64,000 bases of DNA, taken from assembly GCA_963681965.1 (NCBI GenBank), contig OY820579.1:1312001-1376000 (forward strand), in the 5' to 3' direction. Numbering within the stretch: position 1 is the first letter of the stretch; every line of letters begins with the position of its first letter. A program made the translations under genes and the position numbers. Positions 39,877 to 48,278 of this stretch are shown here, in pieces. The DNA is from a bacterium (GTDB lineage Bacteria; Electryoneota; JAOADG01). The notes under the pieces were generated by a model. That model was not told where the DNA came from and did not search any database. It worked only from the letters and a program-made list of their open reading frames with translations.

Positions 39877-39956
39877 CAAATTGTGTCGCTCTTATCGTCT
39901 CTGCTCGTGCTGTACTGGTCAGTCAGCAAAATGTTTGTAGTATCACTTAACTTGAA

Positions 39957-41741
39957 GTGGCAATGAAGAAATTCGCAGTCGCAACTAGATCATTTTGGAC
40001 ACTATTATTGGCGGGTATCGTTTTATTGCCGATACTGCTAGGTTGTCCAAGTTCGAAAACGGAGTATTTTCCCGATTCCGGTCCTGTGATCCGCTGGGTA
40101 GTTGTAACACCTGCTTTTACAATTCTACCCCCGAATGGTCGAGTTCAACTTCAAGCGAAAGTATACGCTGCCGACAGCACGATCTTGACCGACCGTCATG
40201 TGGCTTGGACAGTGGGAAATACCAATATTGCTACGATTTCTAGTACGGGACTGGTCTCGGCGGGATTGGAACGAGGAAACACGTATATCAGTGCCACACT
40301 CGAAGGTGTGACATCCAATTTAGCGATCATTAATGTCGCGTACCCACCATCTTCACTGGCAGTATCACCTGATTCTGCTTCGTTATTGGTTGGTGGTACA
40401 GTTCAGTTGCAATGGACATTTCGCGATTCGACATCGTCGGTGTTAAATCTAGTTCCCACTTTCACCTCATCCAATCCTGTGTCGGTGCTGGTGGATCCAT
40501 CAGGACTGGTGACTGCCCGTCAACAAGGGATGTCTTACATCGTTGCTTCGTACAATCAGCTTCGAGATACGACAATTGTTCGAGTGAATACTGTATTCGA
40601 TTCACTTCGAATCGTTCCCAATTCTGTTGATTTGAATGTCGGTTCGTCGGCATTGCTTTCGGCAATCGCATGGTTCCAAATGCATGCTTACTACCCGACC
40701 GCAGTACAGTGGAACTCACAGAATTCCGCCATCGCACGAGTGAGTCAACAAGGTGTCGTAACAGGTGTTGATACCGGAACAACAACAGTAAATGCTGCAT
40801 TCGGCAATTTGATTGCCCCACCGATAACCGTACGGGTTACGGGTATGTCGATACGGGCACAGTCGTTGCTTGTTGCGGATGCCGATTCGCTTTGGATGAT
40901 CGATATTCAATCGCGCCGGTTTCGAACTTTACAGTTGGTCGATTATCGTATTCGATCGATCAATCGAAGTGATCAGACACATCCAATTGCACTATTGGAT
41001 GAAAATCGGACAATCCATTTCATCGATCCGCTTACTAGCGCTTACGTTGGCGAGTCGGATGGATGGATGGTTGATAGCAACACGATTGGCTGGTCGAATA
41101 ACTCCGATCGATTGCTTGCGAAAGCGACGGATGGACAGATTCACGAACTGAATATTTCTTCATTCACGCACCGACGATTGTTGCCGGATTCGATTATTAC
41201 AACCGATTACCGATTTTCGTCTCGTCCATTTATTGATGACACGACTTGGTTAATTGCCGCAAAAGTGAATAACACGTGGAATTACTATGCGATCGGCTTT
41301 TCCGGTACGATCATTGCCTCGTCGGTGGTAAATGGACAACCGACCGGACCGATAAATGTCAACGATCTTGGATTTGCAGTCGACCTCGAGCGAATACATC
41401 CAACACGCATCACGATAGTGAACAATGCAATTATTCAAACTCCTGATTTCGATCTGACAATTCCGGATGATTATACTGAATGGGTATCGGTGTCGCAATC
41501 CGGATTGATCGCACTTGCCCGTCGTGCTTCAGGAGTGCTGTCGTATTTTACTTTCTCTTCATCAAGTATTCAATTCAGAATCAGAGTATCGGGAAATTAT
41601 CAAGGGTATTCAATTAATGAAGATCCCGAAACACTATATATAATCAACAACAATCGGATCCTTCGAATGGTTCCGGAACAGGATCCTGAACCATACACTT
41701 GGATTTCGTCGGGTGCTACAATTCTGGCGATTGAACGGTAA
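39957..41741 (+). CDS. Lipoprotein with three bacterial Ig-like (Big_2) domains and a beta-propeller-like C-terminus
   Basis: Lipobox LLGC; three repeats W/F-x-S-x-N..IA.V...GLV.A...G.T.I.A. Confidence 0.8.
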   Translation: MAMKKFAVATRSFWTLLLAGIVLLPILLGCPSSKTEYFPDSGPVIRWVVVTPAFTILPPNGRVQLQAKVYAADSTILTDRHVAWTVGNTNIATISSTGLVSAGLERGNTYISATLEGVTSNLAIINVAYPPSSLAVSPDSASLLVGGTVQLQWTFRDSTSSVLNLVPTFTSSNPVSVLVDPSGLVTARQQGMSYIVASYNQLRDTTIVRVNTVFDSLRIVPNSVDLNVGSSALLSAIAWFQMHAYYPTAVQWNSQNSAIARVSQQGVVTGVDTGTTTVNAAFGNLIAPPITVRVTGMSIRAQSLLVADADSLWMIDIQSRRFRTLQLVDYRIRSINRSDQTHPIALLDENRTIHFIDPLTSAYVGESDGWMVDSNTIGWSNNSDRLLAKATDGQIHELNISSFTHRRLLPDSIITTDYRFSSRPFIDDTTWLIAAKVNNTWNYYAIGFSGTIIASSVVNGQPTGPINVNDLGFAVDLERIHPTRITIVNNAIIQTPDFDLTIPDDYTEWVSVSQSGLIALARRASGVLSYFTFSSSSIQFRIRVSGNYQGYSINEDPETLYIINNNRILRMVPEQDPEPYTWISSGATILAIER

Positions 41742-41757
41742 GTAAATTTAATCGAAT

Positions 41758-41796
41758 AAACAGACAGGTCGGGAATATTCCCGACCTTTCTGTTTT
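41758..41796. terminator. Bidirectional intrinsic terminator
   Basis: AAACAGACAGGTCGGGAA-TA-TTCCCGACCTTTCTGTTT. Confidence 0.75.
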
Positions 41797-41817
41797 GCAG
41801 AACCCTCAATTCAGTGA

Positions 41818-42258
41818 TCAAACGAAGTGACGTACTAAAAAAAAGTAGGCAATCACCAAACCGATTATCCAAGTTCCGATAACTAATACAAAACCCGTCG
41901 ATTTCCATTTATTCAGAAGTACTCTATCATCCTCGATCAATTTTGTATTATACTCGCTGATTAACTCGAGTGGGATTAACTTCCATGCTAAAAATAGTAT
42001 CGCAGGTATCAGTACCAGATCGTCTAAGATCCCCAAAACCGGAATGAAATCGGGAATTAAATCGATCGGACTAACTGCATAAGCAATTGCTAGAACAAGA
42101 AGAAGGCGTGCCAGTAGCGGCGTTAATGGATCAGATAATAAACATCCAGCAAGAATCAATTTCTTACGAACGATCTTCGCTTTCCGCGAGATCTGTTGCT
42201 TGATCGTGAGGTTATCGCGATCGGCTTTGCAGGGAAGATCATCATGTATTGGTTCCAT
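41818..42258 (-). CDS. YkvA/DUF1232 membrane protein
   Basis: YAVSPIDLIPDFIPVLGILDD signature; start uncertain (ATG 42258 or GTG 42279). Confidence 0.88.
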   Translation of the reverse strand: MEPIHDDLPCKADRDNLTIKQQISRKAKIVRKKLILAGCLLSDPLTPLLARLLLVLAIAYAVSPIDLIPDFIPVLGILDDLVLIPAILFLAWKLIPLELISEYNTKLIEDDRVLLNKWKSTGFVLVIGTWIIGLVIAYFFLVRHFV

Positions 42259-42265
42259 CAATGAA

Positions 42266-42733
42266 TCATCCACCGGCACGCTTCACTTTGGCGTTCAATT
42301 TCGATAGTTCGGTAATGGTTCGATCGCGGACATCACCCTGTAACAATAGCACCGGTTCATTTTCTACCGCTTCCAAACTACCACCGATTCCCAACCGACT
42401 TTTTAACAAGTGCAACAAACGGTGAGCTTCGGAATGGTCAAGCTTTAAGTTGGAAATCAATGTGACGGTTTTACCGGCATGCCCTTTGGAACTCCGCATG
42501 ATGATCGCAAGCTGTCCACTCAAATTGATCCGGTGATTCTTGCCGTGCAGGTTGGAATTATTCCCTGAAGCGGGAAGATCGTGATGATTCAGTTCAATTC
42601 CCGGAGGTGATTCCGGTTCGCGGAGGTGATTGAGCGCGGCAAACGGTCGGTCATCGGGAGCGATTGTTCCGACGGAAAATACTCTAGTGCTAGGTTTTTC
42701 CTCGTGTTTAGGCGATTTCGGATTGGTTTTCAT
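42266..42733 (-). CDS. SUI1/YciH translation initiation factor homologue with an N-terminal extension
   Basis: KGHAGKTVTLI, LKSRLGIGGS, LQGDVRD, KRAGG C-terminus; GGAGG RBS. Confidence 0.85.
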   Translation of the reverse strand: MKTNPKSPKHEEKPSTRVFSVGTIAPDDRPFAALNHLREPESPPGIELNHHDLPASGNNSNLHGKNHRINLSGQLAIIMRSSKGHAGKTVTLISNLKLDHSEAHRLLHLLKSRLGIGGSLEAVENEPVLLLQGDVRDRTITELSKLNAKVKRAGG

Positions 42734-43029
42734 ATTCGCCTCCTAATTCGTCGTAAATTGATTCTTCGTTATAATGATAACGATTCCTTGACAAGCTCAC
42801 AATGATTTTTTTATCATTCGGTGACGAAGATTGGTGATAGCGATCAGAAAGTTGGAAGACGCGCTTAGAAACATGACCAACACCCATCCGATATGATCCG
42901 TAATTAATGACCGCAATTTTCGTTGTTGCCTACTCGCACTGAAAAATCGTTTGGTTTGAAGAATATAAGTTTTTGAGACAGACCCTACGCCGGGTCTGTC
43001 TCTCTCTCTCAGATCCCTTCGGAGTTCTA

Positions 43030-43404
43030 ATGGAAACACTTTCCCTTCATGATTCAATGCTGATGGAAGAAATCTTTCCAGTTCCAAAATCTGAAGTTCA
43101 GGTTATGATCCGTGTCAACCCGGAATCAAAATCGACTTTTATTCCGAATTTCGAAATATTTACCGATTGTTTCGTGGGTGGTTCGCGGGATCGTACTAAA
43201 GAGCGGAAATTGTCACCCGGAATGATTCGCTTTTTATCGGCAGTAATGAAGGTGTCACCGGAAGTCAAAGTCAGGTGGATTCTTGCTGAGTGGAATTCTG
43301 TGATTGTTAGAGGAAATGAATTCACGATCAAGCGGCTGTTGCAACACGATCAGGTGGTAGACTACAAATATAATTTGCGGATGCAGAGTGTAATGCTCGA
43401 TTAA
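43030..43404 (+). CDS. Hypothetical protein; C-terminal half resembles a subtilisin propeptide (inhibitor I9 fold)
   Basis: GGAG RBS before ATG 43030; NSVIVRGNEFTIKRLLQHDQVVDYKYN pattern; followed by a terminator. Confidence 0.55.
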   Translation: METLSLHDSMLMEEIFPVPKSEVQVMIRVNPESKSTFIPNFEIFTDCFVGGSRDRTKERKLSPGMIRFLSAVMKVSPEVKVRWILAEWNSVIVRGNEFTIKRLLQHDQVVDYKYNLRMQSVMLD

Positions 43405-43429
43405 TCTAGATTGAAGCTTTTATCAGTGA

Positions 43430-43466
43430 TGTAAGCGGAGCGCTTAGGCTCCGCTTACACTTTTTT
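43430..43466. terminator. Intrinsic terminator between convergent genes
   Basis: TGTAAGCGGAGC-GCTTAG-GCTCCGCTTACA followed by CTTTTTT. Confidence 0.85.
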
Positions 43467-44397
43467 AGCCTTCAGAATCATCGTCAATTTCGTCATCCGA
43501 ATCAGTACTAACGGTCTTTTTCTTTAGCTTAGTAAAGTACTGTTCGTCCTTCACTTTCTCACGTTTACCCGGAAGTCCCCAACCGCCAAGCTTACTTAAT
43601 TCGTTCGTGTAGGTCACCCATTCTTCCGGCGAGACAGTTTGTGGACGTCGCGTCAAGTCAAGTGAACATTCCGCGAATCCGTTAGGCAACGGAGGACGGA
43701 TCGATGGAAGGGTATTGCGCAGCATTTTTCGTCGACCGGCATACGCAGCGCGAATAACCGCATTCAACAATGGCCAGTTGGCAATTTCTGGAGCTGGTTT
43801 ATCGAACGTTACGCGAATGACGGCACTATAAACCTTGGGAGGTGGTTGAAATGCCGACGGGGGAAGTATGAAGAGCTTCTCGACCGATCCAAACAATTGC
43901 ATAAACGTCGATAGCACGCCGTATTCACTGTCTCCCGGTTGTGCCGCAACGCGTTCGGCAACTTCGCGTTGCAACATTACGACCATACCGAGTAACGGTG
44001 GTTGATCGGGTATCGGGTGATAGCGTTGCTTTCGAATTGTTTCGATTGCGCCGAATAAAATCGAACTTGACAAATGATAGGGAAGATTACCGAACAGTAC
44101 GAAGGGGCGATTGAACTCTTTGGTCCAATCGAACTGGGTAATATCGTTGTGTCGAAGAACAAAACCGGGATGACCTTCGTAAGTACGCCAGAGATGATCA
44201 ACCCACCGTTTATCGACTTCCACAGCTACCACTTTTTTTGCATTCTTCAATAAATAGCGAGTCAGTCGACCGTCGCCGGGACCAACTTCAAGCACATCCA
44301 ACTTGTCCAATCCAGACCAGGATCGGGCAATCCGTTCAGCATCTTCTTGATGACGTAAAAAATGTTGACCTAACGATTTCAATAACTGGTGTGACAT
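43465..44397 (-). CDS. rsmA: 16S rRNA adenine dimethyltransferase (KsgA)
   Basis: KSLGQHFL, LEVGPGDG, GNLPY, MLQREVAER, FQPPPKVYS, RRKMLRN; downstream of pdxA. Confidence 0.95.
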   Translation of the reverse strand: MSHQLLKSLGQHFLRHQEDAERIARSWSGLDKLDVLEVGPGDGRLTRYLLKNAKKVVAVEVDKRWVDHLWRTYEGHPGFVLRHNDITQFDWTKEFNRPFVLFGNLPYHLSSSILFGAIETIRKQRYHPIPDQPPLLGMVVMLQREVAERVAAQPGDSEYGVLSTFMQLFGSVEKLFILPPSAFQPPPKVYSAVIRVTFDKPAPEIANWPLLNAVIRAAYAGRRKMLRNTLPSIRPPLPNGFAECSLDLTRRPQTVSPEEWVTYTNELSKLGGWGLPGKREKVKDEQYFTKLKKKTVSTDSDDEIDDDSEG

Positions 44398-44407
44398 TCC
44401 ATTCCAT

Positions 44408-45442
44408 TCAATTCAGTTCGATATCCGGGTGAGAAAGGTTGCGTTCGCGACGTTCGATAATTAATCTGGATGCCATGTGAATTGCATCGCTCATCTTTGA
44501 ATGATCTGCAATCATTTTACCGGCGATGTCGAACGCAGTACCATGTCCCGGAGCAACTCTTAGAAAAGGCAAACCGAGGGTCATGTAGCAAGCTTTTCCA
44601 CCACTGATGATCATCGAAGGTGTTACCCCTTGATCGTGATATAATGCAAAGAGACAGTCGAAATTCTGCCAATTCAGAAACATGACATCGGCTGCAAGTG
44701 GACCTGTGACCATAATCCCTTCGCGTTGTGCTTTTTCTACCGCTGGTGCCAGTGCGGATATGTCCTCGCGTCCAAACAGTCCGCCATCGGAAGCGTGGGG
44801 ATTCAAACCGCACATTCCGATTTTCGGATCGACAATCCCGAACCAATCCGTGATCGAACTGTCGATAACGCGTAATTTGCGAACAATTTTATCCCGGTCG
44901 ATCAGTTCCGGCACTTTTCGTAACGGTTGATGTAGCGAATACAATGCACAGCGTAGTTGTTCCCACACCAGCATCGTTACTGCTTCTTCTACACCGGCGA
45001 CATTTGCCAGCAAATCGGTGTGACCCGGTGCTGGATACCCATCCATCAGCAATGCTTCTTTCGATACCGGTGCAGTGACGATACCATCGACCCGCCCCTT
45101 CATCGCTAACAGACAGGCCTCTTCAATAGCAATTCCCGCGACATGTCCACCGATGCGGGTGATCGCTCCCGGTTCGATTTCGTCTTCGAAATTCGACGGT
45201 TCCCAGATCGGAACACAATCCGGATCGGACGGAATCAATTCGGCAGAGATGAGTCGCAGAAATTTTAATCGATTGTCTAGCTTTTGATTGTAATAGTTAA
45301 AGACTTCGAGTGGTCCGACCAGTAGTGGTTGACAAATCGCACGAATTGCTGGATCGGACAACGATTTCAGAATGATTTCCGGACCGATACCGTTTGGATC
45401 GCCAACGGTGATGGCAAGGATTGGTACGCGAGACATGGTCAA
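44408..45442 (-). CDS. pdxA: PdxA-family dehydrogenase with divergent substrate-binding residues
   Basis: GDPNGIGPE, TAPVSKE, GHTD, LHQPL, LNPHA, YHDQG, TLGLPFLR, HGTAFDIAG. Confidence 0.85.
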   Translation of the reverse strand: MTMSRVPILAITVGDPNGIGPEIILKSLSDPAIRAICQPLLVGPLEVFNYYNQKLDNRLKFLRLISAELIPSDPDCVPIWEPSNFEDEIEPGAITRIGGHVAGIAIEEACLLAMKGRVDGIVTAPVSKEALLMDGYPAPGHTDLLANVAGVEEAVTMLVWEQLRCALYSLHQPLRKVPELIDRDKIVRKLRVIDSSITDWFGIVDPKIGMCGLNPHASDGGLFGREDISALAPAVEKAQREGIMVTGPLAADVMFLNWQNFDCLFALYHDQGVTPSMIISGGKACYMTLGLPFLRVAPGHGTAFDIAGKMIADHSKMSDAIHMASRLIIERRERNLSHPDIELN

Positions 45443-47388
45443 CCCCTTGCGATATTTCGAACGGCGTTTTGCTGCGCTTCGTAGAATAATGCCAAATTAA
45501 GCGCCATCCAAAGTGCAATGCCACTCCCGGACGGGAGTGCTTTCGAAAACAGAAATTCGACACCTTCGCGATCAAACCAATGTGATTGCTCGGCACAAGC
45601 CATGAGACGGTCTCTTGCACTTGCTCGCAACTGTCCGGAAAACCAACTATCTAGCGGAACCGGAAAACTGGTCTTGGTTCTGGTGCGAATAGATTCGGGA
45701 ATGCGATTTCGGTAAGCTTCACGTAAGATTAATTTGGCAACATCATGTTTTTGAACCGCTTCCGGTAATGGTAGTTGAAATGCACGAGCTTCATCGTCTT
45801 CTGATCGAAATCGAACTTTTAATGAAGCGGGTAGCGATAACCCATATTCCACCACAGGTTTCCCGACAAACGGAACTCGACCTTCGATCGATGCCGCCAT
45901 CGTAGTGGCATCTATGCGACCCAACAATCCCGGTAGATGAACATTCCATAACAGTTGAACGATCTGGTCGTCGTAACTGAGGGTCGAAATCCGTTCGAAT
46001 TGCTCGCGCCAGAATGTATCGAGGAATGGGTCTTCTTCGTAATGTTTTGCACGATCGATCCCAAACAAGATCACCGATAACGGTAATGGAATCCAGCGAT
46101 AAGCCCGAAGAAAATGATCCAGAGGGCTTGGAAAACTACTACGACCGTAAGCTGCCGATAGTGATTCGCGGATGAGTTCAGGTTGAGAAAATAAGCCCGG
46201 ATTATCTTGCAGCAGTCGACTGCGATAATAATCGAACGGTGCACGCATCAATAGTGGATAGCCACCGAATAGTTCATCGGAACCTTCACCGGTAAGGACG
46301 ACTTTTACCTCTTTTGCCGCTTCGCGAGCCAGTTGAAGCAAAGGTGGTTCGTTCGGAACCGTTAGCGGCATACCCCGTTGTTGAATTAAATAAGTCCAAT
46401 CGGTCAGGTAATCCGATAGATCGTAGGTATACTGAGTATGTTTTACCTTCAGAGCGCGAGCAACCAATTCGGCAAACCGGCGTTCGTCGAATCCGGATTC
46501 TTTGAAACTAATTCCAAACGTTCGTACCTGATCCGGTGCGACTTTTACCATTTCTGCCAGCAGGATCGAGGAATCAACGCCACCGGATAAATAGGCGCCT
46601 ACAGGAACATCTGCCCGGAGTTCGGCAGCGACTTCAGCCGCCAATAATTCTTGTACTCGCTGAGCAATATGCTGTTCTTGAGCCGGTTTCGGTGAGATAA
46701 CATCGACCGGTGATCGCCAAAAATAACCGATAGAGATCGATCCATCTGACGTTAAGCGTAACCATCCACCCGGAGGAACCGCTAGGAGATTACCCCAAAG
46801 AGTACGTGTTCCCAGTACCGGTTGTGCGTGACGGATGTATTGACCTAAGGCGTGTTGATCGATCCGGGGAGGTACGAGCGAACTGGCAAAGATAACCGGG
46901 ATTTCCGAAGCGAAGACAAACCAGGCAGGCTGTTTAGAATAAAAGAGTGGTTTGATGCCGCCACTATCGCGTGCCAGCAACACTTCTCCGCTATCGCGAA
47001 ACCACGCGGCAACTGCGAACATCCCGGCTAATTTCGGCAAGGCATTCCACCCATCGAGCGCGAGTAGTTCGACCAGAGTTTCAGTATCGGAGGAGCCGCG
47101 AAAACGCACACCTCGACTTGCTAAGTATCCACGTAACTCGGCATCGTTATACAATTCACCATTGTAAGTGATCGTTACACGACCATCTAATGAGGTCATC
47201 GGTTGCTTGCCGGTAGGCGATAAATCGACAATCGACAATCGTCGATGAGCAAATCCACAATTACGGTCTTGAAAAATGCCCTCGTCGTCGGGACCGCGAT
47301 GCGCCATCGCGCGATTCATCGCTGCCAACCATGGAGCTGGTGGATGAAGATCGGGAGATAACCCGACGATGCCGGCTATACCACACAT
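45439..47388 (-). CDS. asnB: Asparagine synthase B-family glutamine amidotransferase
   Basis: MCGIAG, HRGPD, HRRLSI, NGELYN, SDTE, LSGGVDSS, TGEGSDELFGGY, EGRVPF. Confidence 0.93.
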   Translation of the reverse strand: MCGIAGIVGLSPDLHPPAPWLAAMNRAMAHRGPDDEGIFQDRNCGFAHRRLSIVDLSPTGKQPMTSLDGRVTITYNGELYNDAELRGYLASRGVRFRGSSDTETLVELLALDGWNALPKLAGMFAVAAWFRDSGEVLLARDSGGIKPLFYSKQPAWFVFASEIPVIFASSLVPPRIDQHALGQYIRHAQPVLGTRTLWGNLLAVPPGGWLRLTSDGSISIGYFWRSPVDVISPKPAQEQHIAQRVQELLAAEVAAELRADVPVGAYLSGGVDSSILLAEMVKVAPDQVRTFGISFKESGFDERRFAELVARALKVKHTQYTYDLSDYLTDWTYLIQQRGMPLTVPNEPPLLQLAREAAKEVKVVLTGEGSDELFGGYPLLMRAPFDYYRSRLLQDNPGLFSQPELIRESLSAAYGRSSFPSPLDHFLRAYRWIPLPLSVILFGIDRAKHYEEDPFLDTFWREQFERISTLSYDDQIVQLLWNVHLPGLLGRIDATTMAASIEGRVPFVGKPVVEYGLSLPASLKVRFRSEDDEARAFQLPLPEAVQKHDVAKLILREAYRNRIPESIRTRTKTSFPVPLDSWFSGQLRASARDRLMACAEQSHWFDREGVEFLFSKALPSGSGIALWMALNLALFYEAQQNAVRNIARG

Positions 47389-48278
47389 TACTTGGCTTCA
47401 ATCAGTCGCGCCGCACCGACGGCTGGTGGATACATCGATTGGACAACTTCCATCGTCCCGATATGTTCGATTTCAATAAGCAGCTCCTGATACAACGCGG
47501 TTTCGTTTGATAACAATCCACCACTGAATGCGACTTGACGAACCGCTTGTTCACCACCCAGTCGGTCTTGTAGTACGGTCAGATGCCGGACTAAATGATT
47601 CGAAGCCAATCGTACTAATTTTTTTGCTACGGGATCGGTCTTTGCCGTTTCCAATACAAGTGGTGCTAATTCACCGTATTTTGCTGGTGTCCATTCCGTT
47701 GAGTAAATGATGGGAACTGAATCGACGATCGACTGAATATCGAAATGAGTATTGATTTTTTCGGTAAGCTCTGTCTTCTCGCCACGACCGTCGTGTGCAA
47801 GCAAGCAACAGCGAATTGCTTCCCGACCTAGCCAGCAACCACTCCCTTCATCGCCTAATTGCCAACCCCAACCACCAACGCGCAATGGTTCGGAACTATC
47901 CGACGATTTACCGTATGCAATAGAACCCGTACCAGCGATGAGTAACATCCCCGGACCACCATCGAAAGCGCCGTGAAGTGCGATTGCGGCATCGGTCTCG
48001 ACTCGAACCGGCAATTTCATCGTTTCGGCAATGAGTGAGCGCAATTGATCGCGTTCTCCATATTTTCCGGCACCCGCGATACCAATCGAAATAGCTTCAG
48101 TCGGTTCGGATACAATATTGCGCAATTCTGCGCATAACGAGACGACTAAATAGACTGCTTCAACGTAACCAATTCTTTTCAAGTTACCGACACCGCCATT
48201 TACTGTCGCCAGCACGTTACCATTTTTGTAAGCTACTGCAGTAGTTCCAGTACCACCACAATCCATCCCGACAATCAT
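47388..48278 (-). CDS. BadF/BadG/BcrA/BcrD-family sugar kinase (GlcNAc/MurNAc kinase-like)
   Basis: GMDCGGTGT, GIAG, ETDAAIA, IAGTGS, GGWGWQLGDEGSG. Confidence 0.9.
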   Translation of the reverse strand: MIVGMDCGGTGTTAVAYKNGNVLATVNGGVGNLKRIGYVEAVYLVVSLCAELRNIVSEPTEAISIGIAGAGKYGERDQLRSLIAETMKLPVRVETDAAIALHGAFDGGPGMLLIAGTGSIAYGKSSDSSEPLRVGGWGWQLGDEGSGCWLGREAIRCCLLAHDGRGEKTELTEKINTHFDIQSIVDSVPIIYSTEWTPAKYGELAPLVLETAKTDPVAKKLVRLASNHLVRHLTVLQDRLGGEQAVRQVAFSGGLLSNETALYQELLIEIEHIGTMEVVQSMYPPAVGAARLIEAK

